DNA of 64,000 bases from Sulfurimonas sp. SAG-AH-194-C21 (GTDB lineage: Bacteria > Campylobacterota > Campylobacteria > Campylobacterales > Sulfurimonadaceae), in assembly GCA_029215985.1 (NCBI GenBank), contig JAEMVC010000008.1, positions 14,997 to 78,996 of the forward strand, in the 5' to 3' direction. Each line of letters begins with the position of its first letter. Positions within the stretch are counted from its first letter, which is position 1. The notes beneath the pieces are model-generated. The model was not told where the DNA came from. It searched no databases and was given only the letters and a program-made list of their open reading frames with translations. The translations under genes and the position numbers were made by a program. Positions 48,701 through 58,012 of this stretch are shown here, one piece after another.

Positions 48701-48862
48701 AGGACTCTCAGTATAAATAACAACCTGTTTTGGTGTTATATCTGGAAATGCATCTACGGGAATCTCTTGATAGGCTTTAAAACCAAACGCAGAGATAACA
48801 GCAAATAAAACAAGGACTAAAACTTTATTACGGAGCGAAAGCTCTATGAGTTTTTCTAACAT
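45788..48862 (-). CDS. CusA/CzcA family heavy-metal RND permease
   Basis: PVDAFPDIT, GPNTTGLG, NLMSLSGLAIAVGMIVDG, RLRPVLMTA. Confidence 0.95.
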   Translation of the reverse strand: MLEKLIELSLRNKVLVLVLFAVISAFGFKAYQEIPVDAFPDITPKQVVIYTESPGNSAEDIEKLITYPIESAVSGMAGVKLIMSNSIFGLSYVSIFFEDDMDIYFLRQLVSERLGSVDIPNGWGQPQLGPNTTGLGQVFWYQVKDSTGKYSLQEIRELQEYIVTPLFKSVPGVEEVIGWGGDEKQYNVLIDTKQLQNFGITYSDIVDALQKSNQAAGGQYLEFNREQYLIRGAGLYKTLDDIRNTVVKSAQGQSITIGDVAVVETGSAPRFGSISIDGSEAVMGMVLQRTATNAAKVVERIKEKIETVNSTLPDGVTIETIYDRTEITHKAVSTMTSALTSGVILVAIVLFLFLFELRSAFIVILSLPLSLLIAFLMMDYYNLSANLMSLSGLAIAVGMIVDGTIVIVENSFRKLHDNPDGDKFTIVYDAAREVATPVTFAVLIIAAVFIPLLSLEGLAGKLYSPMALNIVFVMLGSLLVALILVPVLILLLLKPTGSGENAVMKAIKKGYTPLLMFALNNAKKMLLSVSVIFLILAYVLTQQGREFMPELNEESIMYRVIAIPGTALTQSTETAGEVEKYILKNYPDSVESVLSMIGRSEKGETAQGNYMEVLLTLKPNIENLEELTNEMNEDLEHHFTYVQFVPTQPIAMRIEELLEGVKAELAVKIYGDDQKILDSISKDIQNAISDVDGLERMEVESQLGQAQIKITPDYLALARYGIRVDEVMDIIRNGIGEEPISEKIEGIRRFGIVAKVKDAKKDVESIKKVTLRSKSGALVTLDQICKVEILQGAAFIKRENLSRYMVLSMEVDGRDVASFVEEADRLIKEKVNMPTGYYIGWAGDFKNMKEATEKLMVIIPITIMLVILLLYTAFNSLGKAMIILLNVPFGFIGGIIALVVSGIYLSVSAIVGFLAIFAIAILNGIVLVSFIDELRVKFPHVALKTLLKDATLLRLRPVLMTAFTTLFGILPLLYASGVGSEIQYPLAVVITGGIISSTLLTLLILPSTYLLFYKNEHLCEDDVR

Positions 48863-48872
48863 CTCAAACCCC

Positions 48873-50057
48873 CTAGTGCCCGTGTCCGCCGAGAGAGCCT
48901 TTAAGAATCATAGACTTAACATAATAACTCTTATCGCTCACATACTCTGCGTTTAAATCTAAACCCTCAACAGCTACATAGTCTTCATCTTCTGCAATGA
49001 TTTTAACAACTGTAAGTGTGTAAGCTGCTTCATGTTCTTCATGGTGTTCACCCTCCCCTTCTTCATGGTCATCATGTCCAGCTTCTTCACCATGTTCATC
49101 ATGGTCTTCGTCCTCATGTTTTTCATCCGAATGTTCATCGTGACCAGCTTCAGCTTCATGATGCTCTTCTTCCATCTTCGGAACAAAAACAACCCATTCA
49201 TTGTTAAAGAAACTAAGCGCTGACTTTTTAACAGCCATATGCTCTAACGCATCACCAAAGTAAACAGTTGATTTAAGATAAGTTCCTAAAAATAGGTTTT
49301 CTATTTTCTCATCTACACTAGAAAGTACTACCACTCTCTGGGTTACTTCATCTACAGTTGGAAGTATCTGAGTTATATGTGTTATGATATTCTTTTGAGC
49401 ATATTTTACTACTATTTTATCTCCAACATTTACCTTAGTTGCATACTCTATAGGTAAAAATGATTTCACATAATATGCTTGGTTTTTTACTATACTCAGA
49501 ATTGCATCACTTACATTTACTGAAGAGTGAAGTGGTTTTAAAAGTGCTGAGACTACTCCTGAACTATGTGCACGAAGTATGAAATTTGCTGTTGCTTTTT
49601 TTAATGAAGCTGCATCTATTCCTAAAGTATCTAGTTGCGATTCTAGTGCTGTAAGTTGTGCATTTATCTCACTCTTTTTAATCTCTTGGTTATTTAACTC
49701 CTGCATAGAAGTCATACCTTTTTCATAAAGCTCTTTTGTCGCTGTATAGTTCTTACTTACTGCGCCAAGTTGCTTTTTAAGTGCTAAGTAGTTTGCACTC
49801 ATTTTTGAAACAATAATCGACTCAATAAGAGCGACTTTTTGACCTTCAGCAACTTTTTGTGCTGGTTTTACATAGTACTTTTCCAAATGCCCTGCAACTA
49901 ATGATGTTATAGACTGCTGCGCATTTGAGAGTTGAATAACTTGAGCATTAAGCTCGACTGATTTGTTAAATTTATGTACTTCAACTTTTGCTGTTGGTAT
50001 CTCAGTAGCAAAAAGAGTTGAAGCGAGTGTAAGTGTTATTAATAATAACTTATTCAT
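48873..50057 (-). CDS. RND periplasmic adaptor subunit with His/Glu-rich loop
   Basis: MFP architecture; EHHEAEAGHDEH... loop; ends GHGH. Confidence 0.9.
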   Translation of the reverse strand: MNKLLLITLTLASTLFATEIPTAKVEVHKFNKSVELNAQVIQLSNAQQSITSLVAGHLEKYYVKPAQKVAEGQKVALIESIIVSKMSANYLALKKQLGAVSKNYTATKELYEKGMTSMQELNNQEIKKSEINAQLTALESQLDTLGIDAASLKKATANFILRAHSSGVVSALLKPLHSSVNVSDAILSIVKNQAYYVKSFLPIEYATKVNVGDKIVVKYAQKNIITHITQILPTVDEVTQRVVVLSSVDEKIENLFLGTYLKSTVYFGDALEHMAVKKSALSFFNNEWVVFVPKMEEEHHEAEAGHDEHSDEKHEDEDHDEHGEEAGHDDHEEGEGEHHEEHEAAYTLTVVKIIAEDEDYVAVEGLDLNAEYVSDKSYYVKSMILKGSLGGHGH

Positions 50058-51216
50058 TATATGTTCCTGTTAAAAAATTATGTTCTATGATTTTTAGCTC
50101 TTGAAGTAGCGTAATATTAAGCAGATTTGCTTTTGTCTGTATAAGTTGGTTTTTGATAGTTTGTAGTTCTATAAGATCAATATTTGCTATCTTGTAACCC
50201 TCTTCATACATAGCTAAAAGCTCTCTTTGCGATACAAGTAACTCTTTTGAAGTCTCTTCTACTACTTCTAGTGTATCGATGGAAGTTTTGAGTTCACGTA
50301 GTTTAAATGCTATCTGTTGTGTAAGGTTCTCTGTTACAAACTCCGCTTTATCTGTTGCTAGTTTTGCTATTTTCTTCTCTTGACTCTTTGTATTAAAAAC
50401 TACAAGAGGAATATTTACGCCAACTCTAGCTATACTTTGATCTGGTTCTTGCTCAAATGTTCCATACAGGTTTACCCATTCTAATTTATTTGAATTAAGT
50501 TGTGCACTAGCTGCTGCAGTTTTTACCGAAGCACGAGAGAGTTCTATCTGAGCATTTGTCACAGTTTCACTCGTTTTAGATAGACTAAAACTATATACAG
50601 TATCAACTTCTATCTCTTCATTTAGTCCTCGAAAACCCATCATCCTATAATAAGCCATAGTTTTGTTCACTTTCATTTGTGCAAGAAAATTTTGTATCCG
50701 TTTGGAATCAAGTGATGCTTGTATGTACTTCACTTTTGCGATAGTTCCATTTTCAAATCTACTTTGAGAAATTTTTGCGATTTTTTCTGCAATGAGGAGT
50801 TCTTCATTTGCTAAACTCTCAGCACCAACAGCTTTTTTATACTTTGCATAAAGAGATGAAAGTGTTCTCACAAATGTTGCACGAGAGAGTTTAACACTTG
50901 CTTTTGTTTGTAAGACTTGTGCACTTGCCAACTCTTCTCTAGCACCTGACACTCCCCATAAACGTATAGGTTGAGTAAGTCCTGCACTATAACCAGCTTC
51001 ACTACCTCCTGCATCTAAAGAAAAGTTTGACACCTCTAAAGAGAGTGTTGGGTTCTTATAACGAGTAGTAAGTGTAGCTTTTTGCTCTGCTTGTTTTAAA
51101 CTCAAGGCATTTGTTTGCAATAATGGACTTTTTTGCAAAGACTCTGCTAAAAAAGCTTCAAAATTTTGTGCTTGGAGTGTTCCTATGAGTAAGGGAACTA
51201 AAAGTAATTTTTTCAT
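50050..51216 (-). CDS. TolC/CzcC family outer-membrane factor
   Basis: NPTLSL, QPIRLWG, IPLVVFN, YEEG. Confidence 0.9.
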   Translation of the reverse strand: MKKLLLVPLLIGTLQAQNFEAFLAESLQKSPLLQTNALSLKQAEQKATLTTRYKNPTLSLEVSNFSLDAGGSEAGYSAGLTQPIRLWGVSGAREELASAQVLQTKASVKLSRATFVRTLSSLYAKYKKAVGAESLANEELLIAEKIAKISQSRFENGTIAKVKYIQASLDSKRIQNFLAQMKVNKTMAYYRMMGFRGLNEEIEVDTVYSFSLSKTSETVTNAQIELSRASVKTAAASAQLNSNKLEWVNLYGTFEQEPDQSIARVGVNIPLVVFNTKSQEKKIAKLATDKAEFVTENLTQQIAFKLRELKTSIDTLEVVEETSKELLVSQRELLAMYEEGYKIANIDLIELQTIKNQLIQTKANLLNITLLQELKIIEHNFLTGTYNE

Positions 51217-51217
51217 T

Positions 51218-51601
51218 TTACTTCCATGAGTTTATTATTGACTCAAAATACTCATACACACTGTTCATATGGTCTTTTAAGTCTTCGCTTACATCGATTG
51301 ATGCCATTATGTCACGAATATTTATTGTTGCAAGAACCGTTTGTCCATTCTCTTCATATAAAGATATACGACATGGAAGATACACTGATATCTCAGGTAA
51401 CGCCATAAGTGCTTCTTGTGCTGCTTTTGGATTACATAACTCATAAACAGTGATATCTTTTTCTATTGGAAAACCTTTTGTTTCTAAGATTTGTTTAAAT
51501 TCATATGAACCAAGTACTCCAAAACCACTCTCTTTTGCATGAGCTGCTAGTTCTTCTTTAACTTTATTGAGGGGCGTATCTGTAGTGATTTTATATATCA
51601 T
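51218..51601 (-). CDS. DUF302 domain protein
   Basis: ELCNP..A, LPCRISLYE. Confidence 0.88.
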   Translation of the reverse strand: MIYKITTDTPLNKVKEELAAHAKESGFGVLGSYEFKQILETKGFPIEKDITVYELCNPKAAQEALMALPEISVYLPCRISLYEENGQTVLATINIRDIMASIDVSEDLKDHMNSVYEYFESIINSWK

Positions 51602-51684
51602 TGTATATCCTTTTTTGTATTAAAATTGTGTGTATAGGAATAAATTATGCATAAAAATAGGCATAACTATAGGGTGAAATGTGT

Positions 51685-52011
51685 TTAAACGTGTCTTGGA
51701 GGTATTAAAAAAGTTTTTGTTGCATCATAATCGTAAGAGATTAAGTGTGAGTAAGGTTGTTCTTTTAAGCTTTGTGTTTGTGTAAGTTTGAGATTTTGAG
51801 GTACTATAAAAGCGAGGTGAAATCCTGAATGAATATTACAAATATCATTTGGTTCATCTAAGTGTACCGGCTGAGAAAACTCTTGCACATACTCACTCAC
51901 GGAACAAGCATGCACATCAAGTTCATCTATAATATAAGCATGAAATACTTGAAAGCTCATAACGAAGAGTAAAAGCAAAGTGAGTATATTTTTGTTTTTC
52001 ATTACTCGCAT
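51685..52011 (-). CDS. Small His/Cys secreted protein (CzcI-like)
   Basis: Signal peptide; C..H..FH; C-terminal IPPR; precedes the efflux genes. Confidence 0.65.
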   Translation of the reverse strand: MRVMKNKNILTLLLLFVMSFQVFHAYIIDELDVHACSVSEYVQEFSQPVHLDEPNDICNIHSGFHLAFIVPQNLKLTQTQSLKEQPYSHLISYDYDATKTFLIPPRHV

Positions 52012-52030
52012 TATATCCTAATTTTAGTTT

Positions 52031-53107
52031 CTAAACCGAGCAGCAACTGCCATCATCACTCTCATCTTTTTTAGTAAAGTACGGTTCTAGTATGTAATAA
52101 AGCACAAAAACCCATAGAACAATACTCGAGGCTATTGCTAATATAGAAGCTTCTTCATGCAGGTGTACTAAGTCTTTTATATCCACACCACTTAAAATAT
52201 AATCAAGTCCAAAACCAAAGACAACAGAGCCTATAATAATAGTCCCAAGATAGATATATAAAGTACGTGTTCCGAGCATTTTTTTAACCACTCCGATAGT
52301 CACTGTATTTGTCGCAGGTCCTGCTGAGAGAAAGACAAATGCGGCACCAGGAGAAACACCCGCCAACATAAGTCCAGCAGCTATAGGAAGAGATGCTGTT
52401 GCACAGACATACATAGGAATAGCAATAGCAATTACTATGATGTATGATAGCCATGAGTACTCCAAGAGTATCTCACTTAGGTTTTGAGGAATGGCAACTG
52501 TAATGAGTGCACCCAAAAGGAGACCCACCAAAAGTGGTGAGGCTATATCTTTTAAAAGTGTCCCAAAAGCATATGTCATCCCAGCTTTAATTGAAAACTT
52601 ATGTTTTTTTGTCTCAGAAGAGCATGAAGTCGCAGAACTGCAACAGCTTTCCTCACTACTCTCTTGTAAATTTTGAGTACTTGTTGGTTCTTTATCTCCA
52701 TAAAAATTCGCTAATATACCTGCAATAATTGATATAATCATCGACGTCACAACCCTATAAAGAGTAAAGGCCCATCCAAACATTCCATAAGTTGCAAGTA
52801 TAGAGTCAACTCCTGTTATGGGTGTTGAAATTAAAAAAGAGAGTGTAGAACCATTACTTGCTCCACTCTTTTTAATACTTGTAGCAAGTGGTATAACGCC
52901 ACATGAACATACAGGAAGGGGTATACCAAATATAGTCGCTTTAATTACAGACCAAACCGAATCTTTCCCTAAATGATTTTTCACGATACTCTCTGGCACC
53001 AACTCATGTAAAAAACCTGCAAAAATAAGCCCAAATAGAATGTATGGTGCCATAGCATTGCTCAGTTCTATCAGTGCATTAAAAAACTCTAAAAGAAAAT
53101 CCAACAT
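52031..53107 (-). CDS. SO_0444-family (DUF318) Cu/Zn permease
   Basis: GIPLPVCSCGVIP, STPITGVDS, PMYVCATAS.P, AGPATN. Confidence 0.9.
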   Translation of the reverse strand: MLDFLLEFFNALIELSNAMAPYILFGLIFAGFLHELVPESIVKNHLGKDSVWSVIKATIFGIPLPVCSCGVIPLATSIKKSGASNGSTLSFLISTPITGVDSILATYGMFGWAFTLYRVVTSMIISIIAGILANFYGDKEPTSTQNLQESSEESCCSSATSCSSETKKHKFSIKAGMTYAFGTLLKDIASPLLVGLLLGALITVAIPQNLSEILLEYSWLSYIIVIAIAIPMYVCATASLPIAAGLMLAGVSPGAAFVFLSAGPATNTVTIGVVKKMLGTRTLYIYLGTIIIGSVVFGFGLDYILSGVDIKDLVHLHEEASILAIASSIVLWVFVLYYILEPYFTKKDESDDGSCCSV

Positions 53108-53108
53108 A

Positions 53109-53570
53109 CTAGTGTGTTGCTATCTTTACACTTCCACATTTTGATGCTTTTGTGTCTGTTTTAGCACCACATTTACCAGCACCACACTTCATTTTTTTCT
53201 CTTTATCTTGCATCTTACACATACTAGAATCTTTATAGTTATCATAAAGCCATGCTGAAATACTCTCTCTATCTTCTGCACTCATTCCTTTCCCAACAGG
53301 TGGCATCACTCCAAACTTTTTATAAGCCATTGGCATACAGAGACCTTTATCTTTAGATGGATTTTGTATGTAGTCTTTTACAAAAGCAATAAACTCTTTA
53401 CGACTCTTAATTTGACTTTTAAGTCTTGCTGAGACCATAGGCATAGCAGGTGCTCGCATCATACCTTGTTCTGCATGACACATTTGACATTTTGCCTTGT
53501 AAACTTCTACTCCACTTGAGGCAAAGAGTGAACTCATCCCTAAAACTAATACTAAAAATAATTTTTTCAT
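53109..53570 (-). CDS. Cytochrome c with C-terminal KCGAGKCG tail
   Basis: Signal peptide; CQMCH; FGVMPP; MKCGAGKCG. Confidence 0.88.
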   Translation of the reverse strand: MKKLFLVLVLGMSSLFASSGVEVYKAKCQMCHAEQGMMRAPAMPMVSARLKSQIKSRKEFIAFVKDYIQNPSKDKGLCMPMAYKKFGVMPPVGKGMSAEDRESISAWLYDNYKDSSMCKMQDKEKKMKCGAGKCGAKTDTKASKCGSVKIATH

Positions 53571-53734
53571 TTCTCATTCCTTTTTTATATACTAGCGATA
53601 TTGTTATATATTTTTACTTTAAAAGAGATGAGAGAAAAAGAGTGCAAAAAAAAGAAATGTAAATTAAATATAATAATCAATAAAAATTGTGCTATAATTT
53701 CAGTCAAATTTAAAAAGAAAGTGGGTGATGTGAT

Positions 53735-53947
53735 ATGCCAGGTATAGTACTACGCCATGATGATAATTTTGATGCATCTTACCGTCGTTTCAAAAAGCAG
53801 ACTGACCGTAACTTAATCGTTACTGAAGCTCGTGCTCGCCGTTTCCACGAAACGGAAACTGAAAAACGTAAGAAATTCAAAATAGCTTCTCGTAAGAAAA
53901 TGCTTAAGCGTCTTTATATGATGAGACGTTACGAATCACGCCTGTAA
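53735..53947 (+). CDS. rpsU: 30S ribosomal protein S21
   Basis: MPGI...FD..YRRFKKQ...RARRF. Confidence 0.97.
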   Translation: MPGIVLRHDDNFDASYRRFKKQTDRNLIVTEARARRFHETETEKRKKFKIASRKKMLKRLYMMRRYESRL

Positions 53948-53951
53948 GCGT

Positions 53952-53970
53952 TTCTCCTTCGGGAGACTCG
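53952..53970 (+). terminator. Hairpin between convergent rpsU and the EAL gene
   Basis: TCTCC-TTCG-GGAGA with a C(UUCG)G loop. Confidence 0.6.
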
Positions 53971-53975
53971 TTTCA

Positions 53976-55967
53976 CTACTCTATATTTTTTATCTTATAC
54001 ATATCTTCAAACGCTAACGGTTCACTTATATAATACCCCTGTAAATAATCCACATCAATATCTCTTAAAATGTCTCGTATCTCTTTACTACAAACAAACT
54101 CAGCAATTGTTTTCATCTTCGCTATTTTTGCAAAATTAACAATATTTTCCGCTACCAAAAGCATATCTTTATCTTTATCAATGTTCTTGATCAAAGAACC
54201 ATCTATCTTTACATAATCTGCATTGAGTTTTAAAAGATACTCAAAATTTGAATACCCAGTTCCAAAATCATCTATAGCTATTTGACAACCAAGATCTTTT
54301 ATTTTTAATATATATGAAGATATTTCATCAAAATTTTCTATATTTTCAGATTCTACCAACTCCACTACAATTCTATCTTTTAAATTATTTTCTTTTATTG
54401 CTTTTTCAAAGTAGTCTCTCACCTCAGGGTTTAAAACATCATCAATAGTAAAGTTTATAGAAAAGGTATAGTCGTAAACTTTAGCAGCCTCTACAACCTT
54501 GTCTATCATAGTCATAGTTATCTTAGGATACAGTTTTGACTTAATAGAAACTCCTAAAAAGAAAAATGGTGAGATTATTTCGCCATCTTCATCTATCATT
54601 CTAACAAGTGCTTCACACTTATCAACTTTCTTTGTTTTTTGATTGTATATAGGTTGAAAAAATGCTGTAATTCTTCCATCATCAAGTGCTTTTTTAAGTT
54701 TTTTAGTCCATTTTAGATTTTTTTCATACTCTTTTTCTATCTCATATTTTTTATCATAAACTACAAAATTCTTATTAAATTTTTTAGCAATTTTTAATGC
54801 TAGATTAGTATCCTTATAGAAATCCGTTACACTAATAGCAATCCCTGCTGTTACATGAATAAGAATCTCATACTGATCTATAGAAATCATCTCTCTTGTA
54901 ACTCTTTGAATAAGTAGTTTTACCTCTTCTTCAAACTCTTCTTTACTGCTAATACTTTCATAAGTAATTGCAAATTTATCAGAATGCAGCCTATAAACAG
55001 TACACAAGTTAGTATCTACATATTCTTCTATTCTGTATGAACACTCTACTATAACATTATCACCTATTAAATGACCGTAAAAATCATTAATCTCTTTAAA
55101 GTCATCTATATCGATGATTACAAGAGCTTCTGTTTGAAATAGTTCTAAATCTTGAAGTAGTTTATGGCGGTTACCTAGTCCGGTCAAAGTATCGTTCAAG
55201 TAAATATCTTCAAGTCTATTTTTACTCTTTATGAGTGATTTTTCAACTTCTTCTCTCTTGTTTAACTCTTTAGAGAGTTCATTATATGAATCGTAAAGCT
55301 TCTCCTGCATCATATTAATAGAATAAACCACTTCATCTAACTCATCTTTATGTGTTGTAGAGAGCTCTTTATCGAGAACTAGTAGTTGTTTTGATTCCTT
55401 AAAGTCAAGAGACTTAGTATATTGGGCAATATCTAAAAGATGTCTAGTCAGTAATCTTCTAAAAATAAAAAGTATAAAAAGTACCGCCAAAAATGTCTCT
55501 ACGAGTTGAGAGAAGAGAGTTATAATTACATGGTCAAGAAGTCTCTTATGCAAACCTTCAACATCTCCTACTACAAGTAACATTCCAAGTTTAATGTCTT
55601 TGTTGTTATGTGTATATACGATATCAAACTCTTTTTTAACCTCTTTGCCTTTTCCCATAGAGCCTTCTTTAAAAACTGTTCCATCTTTAAATCTTACCTC
55701 TGAGTACTTAATATCTTGCATATTAACTATACCCTTCATATCTAAGGAAAGTTCCTCCGCATCATACACCCAACCGCTATGAGATATTTCATCTAGGTAG
55801 CTAGACTCTATCTGTAAAAACTCATGCTCAATTCTTTCATAGCCTTTTACATACTCTTTATAAAGTTTTATTCCCGTAAAAACCAATGTAACAACAACAC
55901 TAAAAAGAAAAGTATATATCAAGAGTTTAGTAGATATGTTTTGATTTAATAAATACTTTTTAATCAT
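53976..55967 (-). CDS. Membrane GGDEF-EAL protein, probable c-di-GMP phosphodiesterase
   Basis: DTLTGLGNR; degenerate GGDEF (HSDKF); intact EALVR, DDFGTGYS, KIDGSL, QGY. Confidence 0.9.
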   Translation of the reverse strand: MIKKYLLNQNISTKLLIYTFLFSVVVTLVFTGIKLYKEYVKGYERIEHEFLQIESSYLDEISHSGWVYDAEELSLDMKGIVNMQDIKYSEVRFKDGTVFKEGSMGKGKEVKKEFDIVYTHNNKDIKLGMLLVVGDVEGLHKRLLDHVIITLFSQLVETFLAVLFILFIFRRLLTRHLLDIAQYTKSLDFKESKQLLVLDKELSTTHKDELDEVVYSINMMQEKLYDSYNELSKELNKREEVEKSLIKSKNRLEDIYLNDTLTGLGNRHKLLQDLELFQTEALVIIDIDDFKEINDFYGHLIGDNVIVECSYRIEEYVDTNLCTVYRLHSDKFAITYESISSKEEFEEEVKLLIQRVTREMISIDQYEILIHVTAGIAISVTDFYKDTNLALKIAKKFNKNFVVYDKKYEIEKEYEKNLKWTKKLKKALDDGRITAFFQPIYNQKTKKVDKCEALVRMIDEDGEIISPFFFLGVSIKSKLYPKITMTMIDKVVEAAKVYDYTFSINFTIDDVLNPEVRDYFEKAIKENNLKDRIVVELVESENIENFDEISSYILKIKDLGCQIAIDDFGTGYSNFEYLLKLNADYVKIDGSLIKNIDKDKDMLLVAENIVNFAKIAKMKTIAEFVCSKEIRDILRDIDVDYLQGYYISEPLAFEDMYKIKNIE

Positions 55968-56691
55968 ACTCTACAACCTTTAGAGAGTTTGTAAAACTAC
56001 TCATTATCTCTTCTATATGAGCATCATAATACTTTTGATATGTTCCATCTTCTTGTATAGATAAAAATACTTTTTCGAATGCAGGGATAAGATCTTTATG
56101 CTTTTTATGTAATTGCATATACACCTTAAATTCTTTTATGTGTTTTACATATAGTGTTTGGTTTTTCACACCTCTAAGGTCTGTTAGCATTCCTATTTTA
56201 CTAATTATTATAAAATCAATTCTGTCGTCGTTAAGCATCATTATAAGTGTCTTACAGTTTCTAGCTTGAATAATCTTATGCGCTTTATATTTTTGTGCTA
56301 GTACTTTTGCTATTTTTACTCCACGAACAACCCCTATCGTGTGCTTTTTTAAATCACTTAAGCTATTAACCTGCTTATTTTTTTTACTTACCAATACCAT
56401 GTCAATCGTATGTATGTTTGGGGCTATAGGGAGTAAGTTAGGGTAGACTTTATTAATAGTCCATATTCTTGCAGCTTCACCATCATATATGCCGTTATTG
56501 ACATTAACCAAAGAGCGCTTATTTGGGAGCTTTTGAAAGTCAAGCTCTATTCCAACTCTATCAAATGCTTCTTGTGTTAGAGTTTTAAGAAGTTTCGCTC
56601 CATTTTCATTAAAACCAGTACTTATTGTTAGGGTTTCTGCATGAAGACTAAGAGCATAGATTACAATAAAGAAATAAAAAATACTTTTCAT
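55960..56691 (-). CDS. Periplasmic substrate-binding protein (family 3-like)
   Basis: LP.KRSL...G.YDG, IGVVRG, EDGTY. Confidence 0.85.
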   Translation of the reverse strand: MKSIFYFFIVIYALSLHAETLTISTGFNENGAKLLKTLTQEAFDRVGIELDFQKLPNKRSLVNVNNGIYDGEAARIWTINKVYPNLLPIAPNIHTIDMVLVSKKNKQVNSLSDLKKHTIGVVRGVKIAKVLAQKYKAHKIIQARNCKTLIMMLNDDRIDFIIISKIGMLTDLRGVKNQTLYVKHIKEFKVYMQLHKKHKDLIPAFEKVFLSIQEDGTYQKYYDAHIEEIMSSFTNSLKVVEYD

Positions 56692-56737
56692 TTATAACCC
56701 TCTTTTTTTCCTAATTATAGTATAAAAGTGATTATTT

Positions 56738-58009
56738 TTAGAACTCCATTCCTAGTCCAAATAGTAACTGAAAATCATTCTGCTTTGGTACAATCTTTTG
56801 AGCCGTCTCTTTGGGATCTAATATATAATCCCACACACCTGTTATATCTAAATCCAACCAAGATGTTAACTCATTTTCAAGTGTCAAAAGCATATGGTGT
56901 TTATATGTTCCTGCTGCTTTGTTTGTAGATGTTAACTTATAGTCATAAATTAAGTCCATTATTGAGTTTAATTCATTTTCATACTTTGTGCTAAGTTCTA
57001 GTGCTGGAGAAAAATCTTCTATTTTATTTCCTATGGCAACAGTTTCATACTTTGTATAAACAAAGGCTGGACCACCAGAAAAGCTCCATTTAACTTTTTT
57101 ATTATTAACAAGTGTATAACCAACACCTATTCCTGCGGTAACCTGCTTCTCGATATTGATATACTTATCACTATATAACTCACTAAAAACTGGAGTCCAG
57201 AAAAAGTTACGTGTTAAATATCTGTCATATTTTTGATTTAAACGATGGTTGTTTGATATCTCGCTTCCATCTTTATCTGTAATCCGTCCAAGGTAGTCTA
57301 AACTCAAACGCGAGACAGAAGAACGTCTCAGTATATTTATTTTAGCACTATAATCATATTGATTAGTATTACCAGTACGAATATCGAAATTTAGTGTCGC
57401 TTTTCCTGACCAAAAATTTCTCTCATACTCTCCATCAGGGGCAAAAGATACTATGTCTTTACGTGCAAACTCATACTTATTTTCACCTTGAATGATAGTA
57501 AGCTTTTCTCCCTTTAAACGCAGTATTCCCGGGAAAGTAGCAAGATTTTCGATGTTTACACTGATGATGTTATAACTTTTTATCCACACTACATCATCAA
57601 ACTTAAAACTATGTAGTCCTACCTCATCACTATCAAACTCTAGTCTATCATCGTAAAGAGCTTTTATCTCACCCTTAAACCATTCACCCGATTTTGTTTT
57701 TACCCAGTCATACTTGATTGGTTTTGGTGATAGTTGTGAAAAATCCTGTTGTATTTCAGATAGATTTACATTTCCAGAATAGTCGAGTGCTTTTACAACT
57801 TCACTCACAGGAACTTTTTTATCTTCTTGTGCATCTGATTGAGTTGCTTTTAAACGAATCTCATCATCACTAAGTCCTGAAGTATCTTCAACTACTATAA
57901 CCTCTTCAGATGGAATCTCAATCTCTTGGATTTGTGCAGTATTATTGCTATCTATATCTCCTGCATTTAAAGAGAGAAAAAATAGACTTATTAAAAGAAG
58001 AATTTTCAT
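56738..58009 (-). CDS. DUF481 outer-membrane barrel protein
   Basis: SGEW.KGEI N-domain, GNT, G.GVGY, ends GLGMEF. Confidence 0.8.
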   Translation of the reverse strand: MKILLLISLFFLSLNAGDIDSNNTAQIQEIEIPSEEVIVVEDTSGLSDDEIRLKATQSDAQEDKKVPVSEVVKALDYSGNVNLSEIQQDFSQLSPKPIKYDWVKTKSGEWFKGEIKALYDDRLEFDSDEVGLHSFKFDDVVWIKSYNIISVNIENLATFPGILRLKGEKLTIIQGENKYEFARKDIVSFAPDGEYERNFWSGKATLNFDIRTGNTNQYDYSAKINILRRSSVSRLSLDYLGRITDKDGSEISNNHRLNQKYDRYLTRNFFWTPVFSELYSDKYINIEKQVTAGIGVGYTLVNNKKVKWSFSGGPAFVYTKYETVAIGNKIEDFSPALELSTKYENELNSIMDLIYDYKLTSTNKAAGTYKHHMLLTLENELTSWLDLDITGVWDYILDPKETAQKIVPKQNDFQLLFGLGMEF

Positions 58010-58012
58010 TTA

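Noticed and set aside
49030-49170. His/Glu-rich low-complexity stretch
   Set aside because: Ordinary feature of CzcB-type adaptors; the overlapping short ORFs are shadows
35135-53947. Metal region as an insertion splitting an rpsU-dnaG operon
   Set aside because: rpsU and dnaG are on opposite strands, and I saw no integrase, IS or flanking direct repeats
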